From the NCBI GenBank assembly GCA_964199315.1, contig OZ116705.1, forward strand, positions 2,976,001-3,040,000: a DNA stretch of 64,000 nucleotides. The letters are read 5' to 3'. This stretch comes from Orbicella franksi (lineage: Eukaryota). The notes under the pieces were generated by a model. The model was given only the letters and a program-made list of their open reading frames with translations, had not been told where the DNA came from and made no database searches. Numbering within the stretch: position 1 is the first letter of the stretch; every line of letters starts with the position of its first letter. Of the stretch, positions 25,433 to 39,500 are shown in pieces. The position numbers and the translations under genes are program-made.

Positions 25433-25937
25433 TTTTCAAGGAAGCCTACAGAAAAGACATGGATATAGACACGTACACTCCGATTTTTGTACAGGTAAGG
25501 TTCATTTTAAAATCGTAATTTTCAAATATTTTGTCTCGAATTTTGTACGGAGCTCAGAAACTGTCAAAGCTCACATGTGCGATAAGAAACATGTAGAAAT
25601 CAAGCTTATTTAAGCTTATAAGCTTAACTTTAAGATCCGAACACGCACAGTGTTCAAAATTTAAAATATTCAGGACCCAAGGCAATTATGAAACATATAG
25701 GGTGTAAAAGAATAGGGAAAGTATAAAATATAGCTGGGAGTTTTCATCCAAAGAAAAGTGCTACAAATTTAATATTTTTGAGGTCTTCGATTTTTGCTGA
25801 AACCAAGAGAACCTTTTATAGTTTATAGATAAATTTGTCTTTCAGATAGAAATCTCTTGAACTCATGACGAGTAATTGAAAGGAAAACTGGTTTGGAGTC
25901 AAATCTCTTTTCTTCTTTTCATCAAAATGTAAGCTAA

Positions 25938-26330
25938 GGGTGCGTTCCTTTGGGTTGATCTGGATCCGTGATCCAAGATCACTCTGTTCATGGTACATCA
26001 AAGGAACCGATCAATCCACTATGGACACAGATTCATCAGCTCTAGTCTGTCTCCGGCCTTTTTTCCATCAAGTCTTTTCTTCGTAGAGCTCGGGAACCAG
26101 GCGAGCGCCCGTGAAAGCGAGCGCGGAGCGCGAGACACCCGGGCGAAAGAAAATTGATATTTCGCCAGCTACACCACGTTGCGTTTTAGCGCGCGTGTCC
26201 TGCGATCTCGACGAACTCAAGACAAAATAGGTTGTCTGTGGACAGGCTTCATCGGCTCCTGCGTTGCACCATGATCCAAGTTATCTTGGATCACCGATCC
26301 AGATCCTGATCATCGCAAAGGAACGCACCC
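25938..26330. mobile_element. PIF/Harbinger-like MITE (TAA TSD) interrupted by a second element
   Basis: TAA|GGGTGCGTTCCTTTG ... CAAAGGAACGCACCC|TAA. Confidence 0.8.
26038..26248. mobile_element. GC-rich 211-bp insert with 5-bp TSD TCATC
   Basis: TCATC at 26033-26037 and 26249-26253; termini AGC...GCT; interrupts the centre of the host MITE. Confidence 0.6.
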
Positions 26331-27549
26331 TAAACAGCAGAACCTGTTGGGTACGTATTTGAAGGTTGTGAACTCAAACTGAGCGTAGAGATCCAAGGTT
26401 ACGTGATTGTGTACGTAGGGGGTGGGGTGGGGTGGGATGGGGGGGGGGGGGGTGATGGCTGGTCATGTCTGGGTGGAACAACAGAAATAAATTGAGCACA
26501 AAGCTGTGAAATAATTTCAATTGTTCGTAGAATTTGTTTATTCAACCCGACTGAATGGTTTCTTCCTATCAAGCGTTGAAACCCACACCAAATTATTCGG
26601 TGTCTGAACATCGACCAAAACAATGATTTACTCCACTTTTTATCGCAAACTAAAGCGTCAACTCATGCTTCAGTAACGTAAAAGGAGGTCAAATACACTG
26701 ATTTTATACTCACAATCTAGATCCAGCGTTTTATACCGTTTATGTTGCTCAATTTTCTAGTCAGAGAACATGATCCTTTCTTTATTTAATTTTCCTATTT
26801 ATCCTAGAAACTTGTTTTTCGCTAGCGGGTGGCAGTTTGCTGCTTTCCCGCGCTTTTGCTTTGTTACTGACAGAAACATTTCAATTATTATCGTTCTTTT
26901 CCGGTTAACAATACTATTATGGCGCCAAATACAAGTCATTTCCAGATTTAAATACCTCGTTTGAGTCGAAAAATTTAGCTTGTCAAAATCACTGACAGAT
27001 TTGCTTGTACTCGCATTAATTTTTCATGCTGTCAATTCACGCGCGAATAATTGGCGCCCTGTAGCAAGGTGGCAAAGACTCATAAACAAGGCCACTTATG
27101 AATGTAAGAACAAACATCATCAGGAAAAGATGAAGTGGAAGAGGATGACTTCTACCTTAATAATCTTTTGTACCCTTGCTCCTTGTGAATAAAGATTTCT
27201 TAAGCTCGATCGGTTGTTGCGTTTTTGGTCAAGCCCCCATGAGCCGAGAGCCTTGAATGGTTTGTGATCTGATCTTTAAATTTGTCCATGATCCGAAGTT
27301 AAAACCAAACTCCGCGACCTGTTTTGACATGACGTAATGCAATCCCCACACTCCACTGACTCTCGATTCAACGGTAGGACGGGGTTTTTCACGCTTGTTA
27401 ACTCCGGAAAAGATCTTGCCCGATATCTAGACGCAACAGTGAAGTTGCTAATTACGCAGTGGAAAATTGACACACATCCTCGGCAGAGTGAATTTTTCAC
27501 CTCGCTTAGCTCTATGGTGGCGGGCGACAGGAAATCACCATGAGGAGCT

Positions 27550-30500
27550 ATGCCGGCTGATCGCTTGCGAACCATAAAACCCAGGACAGCTTTAGTGTTT
27601 CTCGCCGTTGGCCTTCTACAGATTTTCGGTATGTATCGTCCCATTTTGCTAACTTCACGGAGCGCTGGCGCGATTTAGAGTTCTTAGTGTGGCTAAAGCA
27701 TTTTTTTTTATTCTGTCACAGGTACCCTCGCAAGTTTTGACTTCTCCAAATCAACTTTCATCTGTCAAGGAAGCGAGAAAAAGATAACTTATGCTCTAAT
27801 ATCTGGAGGGTACAGACATGAACGGGCGGTTGTTGGTAACGCACGTTTTCTTAGCTCCTCAACAAATCTCCATAGCTGTATCTCACGCTGTTGTAGTTTA
27901 ACATGGTGCAAGCATGCTTTCGTGTCGCAACGCAAGTGCTACGGCGAGCCATGCACTGGAAGTCCTCCCTTGTATCGAAGACAACGAAGTCTTGTTCCCA
28001 CCACAGGCTACCTTCACACAACGTCCACACTAACTCCAGCGGAAAGTGCGCAGCAAGGTAGCATTTAAATTAACCTTGTATATCTTTGATTTGTTTTACT
28101 ATACCTAATTGATCTATCACCAGTAACGATGCAACACGCAGTGCGTAAACCTTGAATAGCTTAGCAGTGGTTCGATTGTAACGGGTTTAACCAAGCATAA
28201 TTTCAACAAATAGGTCTTTAGCTAAGCAGCCGGTATTTAATTAAATACACTATTGATTCCTGTCGGTACTCAGATCTGTTTTTGGCATTATATTTTTACT
28301 TTTATCTTTAATAATCGGCCATTTTTCACACATTTTTTTCTCTGTATCTGGCTTGTATGACGCGGTGATAAGAACAGTTATGATCTAAACCTGCTGGAAT
28401 GAACGCGGGGGGAAAATTTGACATTTCATGATTTTCTCCCCTTTAATAGCGTTTTTATTTGTTATGTTAAATATATTTTTACCGATTTTGCTGATTAATT
28501 TGTGGAGATGTCATCGATTGCCTTGGGGAAGGTCGAGAAAGAAGAGACTTTTTCTCCTTTTAAGGTTACCGTATATCTTCAGAGGTGTCTCGCGTCCAAG
28601 CGATGTAGTGCGTCCGATTTAAACTAACGATAGGTAAACTCCACATCAAATTAAAGCTTATAAAGCTGGCTATCAAGCTATACCAAGAAGTTTGAAATAA
28701 AATGAATTGTGGAGTATTTCACGACCTCTAAATGGGAGCTTCCGAAACACCTTTTGAAAGCTTCAAGTCAAAGGGCTTTGTTCGTTAATTTTCCCTTAAG
28801 TTTGAACAGTAGCTAGGTTAACATATAAACAACAAAATCGTGTCAGCAAATTGTTTATTTCGAAATATTTTTTCTCCAAGAGCGATTTTTGTACGATCAT
28901 TGCACATTTTTTAAATCCAATTTCGAAAATGTTCTGTAACTTTTTACTGCAATTGAATATGGCAAAACGCAAACCCTTTTTTAGCGCTTTGGGTCTGGAA
29001 ACTAAGGAACAAATTAAATTAACGAAAAACGAACTTCGCTTTAACTTGAAGCTTTCAAAATGTGATTTGGACGCTCGCATTTAAAAGTCATGAAAAATTC
29101 GACAATTCATTTTGTTTCAATATTCTTTGAAAATATAGTTTGATAGCCAGTTCTATAAGCTTTAATTTGATACGGGGGTTTGGATATCTACAGTTTAAAC
29201 CGGACGGGCTACATTACTTGGACGCAAGACACCTCTAAAGGTATACGGTAACCTAAAATAAATCTGTTTTGGTGAGCCAGAGACACAGTAAAATAGTTTG
29301 AGATTAAATAGAAAGCAACAAAGCCCTGGTTAATGAAAAACTTTCCTTGTATTGGCTGCTTCGTTGTGTAGCGACTGCATACAGGTTTAAAACCCGTTTC
29401 GGCTTTCATTGTGTGTTGCCCTGAATTTTAATGTCTCGATATTCATATCAACCCGGGTTTCACGTTGCCAGAAACAGGAATTTATTTGGCTTTATTATCG
29501 GTTGAATTACCCTTTTGTTATCGCCCAGTACAGTTCGCGATACTCTGTGAACAAAACCGTGAAATTTCCTCAGGGTAGCATCGCTCCAGTAAACCATGTA
29601 GCTATGGAGTATCAGTGTTGCCAAAAGTATCGACTATTCATGCGCTTGACTTTTAAACCCTAGCCAACCTAAATAAATGCTTGAATAAATAAGGAGGCGA
29701 GCCTAAGAACATTGAAAACATATTTTCTTTACACGGGGATGTGCAGGCAAAGTGCACAGTTAGTTTACTGCATTTTATCTTAAAGAAGCAAATATTGTGT
29801 CCGTTTATGTACTTCATTCAATATATTGTAAAACTTTGTCTCTTTTTTCAAGAGCCACGCGTTTTTGGCCACACTACCCCAAGAGAACTGAATTATTAAC
29901 AATAATTTCTGCCTCAGTGACTGACACCTGGAGGGAAGTAACTACAGTGTAGATCGAGTTCAAGAGAGCATGTTATTTATATTTTAGAACATTTTTCTGA
30001 TTACTTGTGAATTGAAGGAAACCTTAAAGTAATAGTTAAGTAAGGTAGAATTTGCAATAAAAAAAAAAAAAATAGAAAATGAACTAGACTGGGTATGATG
30101 CGAAAGATTTAGACGGATTAATAGGCCGCTTTCGATATATCAATATTCTAACATGGATCCGAGGCTTTCGGGTCAAAGTTGCAATTTTTTTAAAAGTTTC
30201 TTTTGTCTCACAATTCCCAAAAGAGACTTGGATACAAAGAAAATAACACCAAAGGAAGACGTTTGTCCTGAAAGCCCCGGAGCCATGTTAGACTGGAGCA
30301 ATGTTACATGTTAACCATGCAATTATTTAGAAATTGTTATTAGTTAGGAATTTTTACAAGACCAAATCAGCGCTGCTGTAATTTTGAATCGTGTTTAAAT
30401 AAATGCTATTATTATTATTATTATTATTATTAGAATATTGATATATCGAACGCAGCCTATTAAAAATGACGAGCTTAAATAAGACGGCCATATTTTCTAG

Positions 30501-33500
30501 ACTCGCCTTACACGGCGAAGCTCCTTAAGCACCCAAAAGCGAGCTGGAGACAGCCAATATTTGTAACGAAATTTTGTTATTTTAGATGTTTCTTGGGCCC
30601 TGTCCGACTTAACTCAGTGCAAGAAAAGTGCAATCGTCTTCAACTCTACTTTGGCCAATGGCTATCAGTCCGGGAAATTTGTGGACCATGGAGACCTGGG
30701 CGCCATGTCCGTGTGTCAAGATCTGTGCTGTCAATCACACGAGTGCGACGTGGCATTTATGGCGGGAAAACGTTGTTTCTCTGTTCATTGCCACAGCCAG
30801 GCGCAGTGTTTGTGGATGCCAGCCAAAGACAACAAATACATGCTGCAACTTTCTTATATCGCTAGTGCTCACAGTATTCCATTCAGCGGTAAGTCACCAC
30901 TAAGCTCAGCACAGATTCCGGATGTCTATTTTCCTCGATCTGAGTGCTCTCTTTTCTCCAAAATGGCGAGTAGAGCTCATTGATAACCGTGGTGAATAGT
31001 CTTCTAGTTGGTTTGAGGTTGATACAATGAAAACGTTTCTGGTCCGCAAGGACAGAAACTCCCCCTTCCCCAACGTTCGGAATACATAATTGGTTGATTA
31101 AGACGCGTTTCTTTGAAAGCATTCAGATAACTTACTGCTTTTCCGGGCATTCATTCCAGAATTGTCTCAAAAGCTCTCTCGAAACTGCAATGTCTTTTAG
31201 GGTTTCTTTGACTTGTTACTTCAGTCGTATCTGACTTCGAGACGGAGAGCAAATATTGGTCCCAGGGCTCTCTAAAAAGTGGCCTTTGGTATGGACCATT
31301 TTTTTTTAGGGTGGGGTTGGGCAATTTCTGAGAAAAAATTCCTGCATAGCAGGGACTGCTGGAAAAAAAATCATGCAAGGGGAGCCATGGGAAACAAAAA
31401 TCGAGCAAGTGCTTTCTAACATCCAGGTCCTGTATTTTGACGTTAAAAAATTCTTGCACAAGCTATTGCTCACCAAAACAAAAACTCGTGCACAACCTAA
31501 AGTAAGAAAAAATTCCATGCTCCAGAAATTTGCCCAACCCTTGGACCCCCGCCCATCACCCCCTTCTAAAAAATTATGGTCCGTCCCTTAACAAAATGAA
31601 ATTCAATAAAATTCGCACGTATTCCAATTTTGTCATGTTATAGCTTTGAGAATTAACAGTATCTTATTGCCGTTAATTTCTTATAGCGTCTTCACTGAAG
31701 GTTGATCAACCCACAGAAGTAATGTTTGAAGTGGAAGCAGATGCAAGGCCTATTAAAACTTATAAGACTGGAAACCAACAAACGGCACACACATTGTCAC
31801 GTAAGCCACCCAGGAACAGAGAAATACCGACAGTGTCACGCAGTAAGCTCAAAGGTGGAGGGAGTGAAATGAAATCAGCGTCGAAACACAACCCTACGCA
31901 TGGCGTGACAGGGAAGACCACAACGGCTATGTCACGCGATCACTTAAAAGTCAAACACAATAAAACTACTTCTGCACCGCCGCCATTTCATGGTAAGGAC
32001 ACTAAGGAAAACACTACTGTGACTGTGTCACGTAATCCTCTAATAGCCGAGCACACGACAACTACGCAGTCTGTGTCGCGGCGTGCTAATAAGGGAGAAG
32101 CCTCACCAACAGCGAGTAAAACAGCACAGGCGATTTCACAGAATGTTCCCAAGATAGGACAGGAAAAGGCCAAACAATTTGAAACACTAAAGCCCCCAGT
32201 TCCAAAACAATCACATATAAAAGACGATTTAAAGGGTCCAAGAAGTATGAAAGTTAGCGCAAGCCCTGCCACGACAGTTGCATTGTCTAGCACACAGCAC
32301 GTATTGAGGAAGCAAACTCTTGCTGAAAACAAAAACAGCGTCGTTTTGATCAACTCAGAAAAACTTGCACCTTCCTCGCAAAGTAATGCAATGGCTCACT
32401 CGAGGCAACCGCAACCTAGATTAGCCTCTTCCCTAATCTTCTATTCCAAAGCGTCTACTTCAGTCTTTGAAAGTTCTAGTACCTTTGTAGCTGGCAATGT
32501 TTCTCAATTTGATTCGCAACACACTACGGACGACGCAGTGTCTTGCAAAGACAGCGAAATATTGCGAGATGTTTCTCCTCCAGTCGGACAAGAAACTGCA
32601 CTGGGGCCTGTACCGGACATGCGTACTTGCATTGAACTAAGTTGTGATCACATGGGTGGTGACGTTGCTTACATGCGCAGTTCGCAGTGCTTTGTGATCA
32701 CGTGTCAAAGTCCTGCCTTGTGTCAAACGAATGAGCTAAGACCTGGTATTTCAGACACTAACACGACGGTAGCCTTTCTCAGAAAACGAGGTCAACATTC
32801 TAAAGGTTAGTAACAATAACATAATTGACAAAAGTCAGGTATTTTGTCGTCGTTTAAGGTGGAAAACAAAGCAACTCATACTCTGAAAATGGAAATTTTA
32901 ATCGGGTTTTTCTCCTGACGTACATTTGTTTGATTTAAATTTTCAGATCACATTTTTGTGGCGGATAGACTTCAGTGACGAATTTCTTTATTCTTGTCAC
33001 CTTTTTTCTTAACAATTTATCGATATGTAAAGAAGAATCTAGAAGTTGATCAACCTGGCGATTCGCAGATTAAATTTCTTCTATAGATTAAACAATTAAG
33101 ATGCGTTGCATAAAGTGAAAAACGATTACCGGAGAGTGAATTGTATCTATGTTTTTGATCATGTTGTGGTTAGATTTCCTAACTTTAAAGCATTTCAGAT
33201 CAAAGGTTTGCAGATCTCCTTTTGAACTGTTTGGTTAAGTCAAACACTGCACTAAATTGGTTTGACAAGTTCTAACGAAATATTAAACATTTTTGCTTAA
33301 ATTTGTTTTGAAAACAAGTAACTTCGTTCCAAGAAACAAACTATTTGTCGTTCTGTCAAAATTTTTCCAGAAAGTATTTGGAACTACGGTCGTTTACCCC
33401 TTCCTAAGATAGATCAAAACCTATTTTCTCCCCCTGATATCTACGCAATGACAACCAGACAGGTGATAAGAGAAAAGAAAATCATCAAGTAAGGCATACT

Positions 33501-36500
33501 GCCTAGATGTCGGGGAAAGTTATCAGAAACTTAAAAGACGGAACCACACGACGATCGACGAGGAAAAGTTATTTAATATTTCAGGCTTGACACACTAAAC
33601 TCTCAACTCACCGAGAACCTGCTCAGAGCGAACTATTTAAAATTCCTGAGTTTGAACCGTTCATTGGTCTGTATCGTAAATAACCACCGGTGTTAATTGT
33701 TCTTCCGAGTCAACATGGGTTTCTTAGGTCAGTAATTATAAATCGGGCACCAGCCATTTTTCAAATATTTTCGAACGCTAAATCCCATAAACTAGTCGGA
33801 AAAAATGCGAGATGCTAAGAGCTAGTTTCTTTTAGTAAGTGGTAGTGAGTGGAGGTACAGGATTTAAATCTAAATAGGGGTCGTTTTGACGCCTGGAATA
33901 TCACTGAAATTGCGGTAGCGGTGGTCTGAAATTGTCGCAAAACAACCAGAGAAAAACACTCCGTAAGTATATATTCGGTTGACATTGTTTTATCCCACAT
34001 ATTTTTGCTTCCATTCTTTGCCACAGTGTAAACGTAAATAAGTTGCGAGCTGAAGTTATAGGTTAAGGCAAATCAGATTTTCCGTGAATCGTTTTGTACT
34101 TTTCATGTTGCTTAATATATTTCAAGCAAAACTGGTTTATAATTTGTCTTAGTAATCCTTGCATTGCCGAGGTTTTGAATGCAAGCTTAATTATTTACTT
34201 GTAAACTTTAACAGCTCGAGCTCAAATTAAGGGCCGCCAAATCTATTGATTTCGGTCTGACAATTTTCCTCGTGAATTTTGCTTATTACCTTGCCATAAC
34301 AGATACATTAAATATTTACCCAGTTACTGCCGATATCTCATATCCTATATATTTCACTGTTAGTCATATCCACTGGGTGAAAATGATCCTGGAGAGTTTC
34401 AAAAGCCTTGACGATGTTTCTTTGTTTTCTTGTAACAGGACATCGCTCAAGAGATTCTGTCTCGAAATCGCTCAGCCGTGGAATTAATAATGTCTTTAGA
34501 ACAAGCCAAGCTTCTCTGGCGCAATCACCGTCTAATGCGAAGACACCTTTGCCAACTAAACCATTTGAAGTTCAAAATTCATCTTCAAAGTCTACAGAGG
34601 TCTTCGAGAACAGCATCTCAAAAGCAATTCCTTCTGTCTTTTTGGCTTCCTCGCACATATCAGATGACACGCCAGAGCTTTCAGGGTTATATCACCTCAT
34701 ATCTTTCCAAGAGGTCGATAAGTCCGGGCGACAGGCTAGTCACATTCCCACTCCCCTGATAACTACATCTCGTCAAAATGGACCCCATTCTCCTCGCCGG
34801 GATTTGGCGACGATGTTGGCCGAGCTGGCTGGATCGAATTCCTCTTCGCAGAATGTACAAGCATCCTCTACAGTTGGTAGTGGAGCATTGGAGAGCATTT
34901 CCCTTAGAACGCGAGGTAAAACGCCTGAGAGAAACGTTTTTAGCATTGACTTGAGTTTCGCCGATAGGGCATAGATTAAGAACACAGGGAAGAAAATTCA
35001 ATTACCGTATTTAGTATCAAGTGATACATAGGAGCGACTACGCCGACCGGGTTTGCCTGTAAGAGTTGTGTTTAAAAGAGCTACGTCACGGATTGCCCAT
35101 CATGAAAAGTGTAGCCTAAAGTTTTCAAGTTGCTTTTTTGAAATCCTCGCTAATCCTTTCCATCCTTAACTATCCTTGTTCCGCTATGGCTTGTCGTTCT
35201 CTCCCTGGTGTTTTTCTGTGTTAGTAAACTACTATTTTCAGGTTTCCTTCAATTTAAAGGTAATTTTGTGCGTGGCTGAAATAACTCAAAATACCGTGAC
35301 TGAGCTCCTTTAAACACTGAGATTAATAGTTCTTATTATAGTGCGTTAACAACAAGAGCGATACATAATCGCATTTGTGCATTGACCAATAACCAATCAC
35401 TTTTTCTTTGTAGCCGAAAAAAGCCAGGTGACGAACACAACAAAAGTCCACCATGCTGACGTCACACTATCGGCGTGCCATTACGGTCACGTGTACTACA
35501 ACTACTCCTTGTTATATGGCCGAAAGGCGGGAAATTTTACCGATCGAGGCGAAGTCAAGAACATGAGTGAATGCCTTCGTATATGCTGCAAGGACGTGTC
35601 CTGTAAAATTGCTCTTATGTTAGAGCTCAATTGCTACTCCGTTGCCTGTTATGGAAAGTTTTGTCAAACCGTGCCAGTGAAGCCATTTCAGTTCAAACCG
35701 AAAATTGCACACGTCATCAGACGAAAAGGTAAGAGTGAAACTGGTGTTCTTTATGCGTAAACTAATCAATTGGTGACGAATGAAATTGGAGGATAATTTC
35801 ACTTAAAAAGTAAAATTCAGTTCACGAGTGCTTATTTGATCACCTATTAACATTATGGAAGATAAATTACAAGTTTTACCTTAGCTTCTTTATTAACGAA
35901 GAAATTTCCTTTTTCAAACGTTTTGATTTTGAAAATTGCCATAATCTCTTTATTCTGAATTAAGTAAATTGTCACCATAACACCCTTTCCACTTTTAATG
36001 TGCTGATAGCATGTTGGATATGAAAAGCCCATAGGTTTCCGGTACGACCTTGTTAATTTCAGTCGAAATTGAAGCTGCTTAATAATTATAGTAATTGAAA
36101 ATATTTATACAGAGTAACCAGAGTTATTAAACTGTTGTCAATGTGGGCCCTTTTACTTGAGCAAAATAAGGGTAAAAGTCTTTCGGAACAAAAACATGGA
36201 AAAGTTCTGGGCAAAAAGCTGAAAGCATTATTTGTACCAAGGTCACTTATAATGAGCCCCTTCTGGTGGTGTTAGTTTTGAGAAGTTTGAAGCTGACATA
36301 GAAAACTGACAAAGAACATTTATTCACAGAATAACTAAAACGCTTTGAAACATTTTCTGCAATATTTTTTGATTGCTTGATATTCCTCTTTTTTGTTTCT
36401 CATAGTTGTTTCGGACACGACCAGAAACCTTCCACCCACACAATCCAGCACTTCCCATCACCCTCCGGGAGCAGTCTCTTACAATGTTACGCTACACCAG

Positions 36501-39500
36501 CACCAGGCTCCTCCCGGAGCGTACGGTGGGAAAGCTGGGGACCACAGGAAGGCTGAGGCACGTGGTAGTGAGCAAGGTGACCAATCAGATAAGCGTAACC
36601 AAGGCAATAACAATAGCACACGTGGGAATAGCTCTTCCAAGTTTCCGTATAAAGTCTACGAGATGTCTTCGGGTGACGATGCAGGGAAGGGCGATCAAAG
36701 CGAGTTTGCTTTCCGAGAGTTTAGCCGTTTAGACATCCTTTTGAACTTGTCGCTGATCCACAGAAAGCGTGCTCTCGATATCTCAAGATATCTAATCGAG
36801 ATTGGGAAAACCACAATAGAAACCGGCTTGAGAATGGTGCAAATTCATAGCGGGAACAAAACACAAACCGAGAACTTCAAAAGTACCGTGAAAATCGGTA
36901 GGAGACTGATTTCAGCCGGAAAGAAAATCCTGGCTCGTGGGGAAAAAGTTCTCAAGGCAGTCCTGCACCCAGCTAGCGAAAAACCGCTCAAGGCACACGA
37001 GCCAAATATACCAGCTACAAGAATATCAGACCTACAAGTCGTGACACCAGTGATCAAGATGATATCACTCTGCAGTCACGGACCCTCTTACTATGGCGTT
37101 ACTCTGTTGGGAGGAATTCGCGCGGGACACTTTGTCAGTCACGGAAGAGTTGATAACATGCAAGCGTGTATCAAAAAGTGCTGCGCGAATCAAGAGTGCG
37201 ATTTGGCTTTCATGGTGAAGGAAGACTGTTATTCGGTTATCTGCTATCACAAAAGCTTGTGTCGAAGCGTCCGAGCGCAGCATATAAAGAAATACAAACC
37301 TCGTATTGCGCATATATGGAGAGGGTCTAACAAAGAGAAGGAACGAGTGACTGGCCACTTCCGGTCGCGTCAGCCGTCACGGAAGCATATGAAATCAACT
37401 GGGAAGGGAAAGTTAGCCATAGTAAAGTACAAAGATTTGAAGAGCGTGACTCGTGATGTCATGTCACGTCCAATGTCACAGAATCGGATGAGGAAGACAA
37501 AGGCACGAAAACGAAAGAGGACTCAAGCTCAACACTACAGGGAAAAGGTAGCTCGGACGCAAATCTCAGCTAATGACTTTGACTCTCATCTTTCTTCAAG
37601 TATATCAAACTTTCATTCTTCCACGCATGAAAGATCTCGTTTGAACGCAACGCAAGGCTTAACTCAGAAAAGTTATTCAAGGAGTTCTCAAGGGCAAACT
37701 GCTTCTAAAACACTCGTGATTAAACCTTCAACATCCATAGAGTCAAGCAAGAAAGATTCCCGAATAATAAAGGAAAGCATAAAAGTTACCAGTTCTACGC
37801 GTCGAAGCCATTCATCGGGTCTTAAGGAAGCAAATTTCACTGTGCATAAAGACACGACTTCTGAAAAATACCCAGTAGAGAAGAAGAGCAACAACGCATG
37901 CCCACACTCTCCTATTGAGCATAATGTCGGACTCCGCCATGGCTTGAAAACGGGTAAATTTTCGTATATTGGAGAATTGTTTGATATAGAAAAGTGTCTT
38001 GACGTGTGTTGCCACGAGCCAGACTGTGATATAGCTTTCATGTTAGACCAGTCATGCTATATGGTTAATTGTACGACTGAATCAGTGTGCCGTAGTGTCC
38101 CATACCATCAACACCAGTACTCCACAAGGGCAGTTTTTGTTTTGAGACGCTTCAACAAACACAAATCTGGCTTTGATAGTATTCAGCGCGTGGCAAGTCT
38201 TGGGAGAAGTACAATGCCCACTTTGTCCTCACACAAAGCCTTCACGAAGGGTAGTGTTGTCACGCCCACTATTGTACAGGCTACCAATATCGAGACAGAG
38301 CACAACAGCGCTAGTCCTTTGCAAGACTCTGACGTGGAAAACGGTCCAGAACTATGGCAGGACGAAAAGATAAAGATTAACTTCACTGGAGCACAACACT
38401 CTACGCCAAAAGGCAACGAATTCGACCTCGTGGAAATCAAAAGCAACAAAAGTGCTGACGAAAAATGGAAAAACGAGAAAATCCGGGTTCATCTTGTGAA
38501 CGTGGATAACGCGGAAAGTCGGCCGTCCTCCTTAAGGCAAAAGTCCAATTTGACATTAGAGCATTCTGATAGACTTACATCGGGTAAGAGCCATGTTGAT
38601 GCGCGTAACAAGGTTCCTAAAACAAACTCAAAGCCACATGTCTCGGTTACTTCCCACAATTACTTGACAGAAAGCGAAGAGAAGTTGGAAAGTTCTTCAG
38701 AAAAGGAAAACGACGTTGGGAGAAAAGGATCAAATACTAACGAATCAGCAGTTTATCACAAATACTCGTTGAAAATCAAAGTTGCTCTAGGCAGTGGGGA
38801 CAGTTCACTTCAAGGTGAACCAGATTATTACAAGTCTCAATCACAGACCAGCAAGTTCTTCGATTCATACGCTCACAAGAATTCTGAATTAGTTAAGAAG
38901 ACTGCGGAGAACAGTGGAAGAGCGGGGTCTGGAATGAGTGGTAGTGCCGAGTTAGAGACCGGGAGCGATTACGACACAAGCTCCGCCCAGTACGAAACAG
39001 GTTCTAGCCTGTACGAGACAGGCTTTACATTCGATTCGTCTTCCGCAGAATCAGCGTCCCAAAATTGCTCCAGTTACTCTTACTATAATGTCACTTTACA
39101 AGGAGGTGTTCAAGCAGGAAATTTTACGTTCGCCGGCCGAGTTTCGTCAAAGGAAGATTGCGTGACTCGTTGCTGCTCAACCGTGGGTTGTGACTTGACT
39201 TTTATGGTCCTGGATAGGTGTTTTCTTGTTGATTGTTACCGTGACGATTTGTGCGATGTCACGGAGGCAAGAAATGCAGATAAATTTGAACCAGTGATTT
39301 CTTACGTGAACCTGACAATCATAGACACGCTTGTTGCAAGATCGATCGAAAACAGTGGTCTTATGTCCATAGAGAAGAATGATAACAGTTATGTTAACCA
39401 GACGTCTAGCGAGAAAGAAGACCGTTCACATGATGTTGGAGAAATTAAAACTGTAACAACTAACCGTGTGCATAACACACCTTGGACTCACGACACGGTC

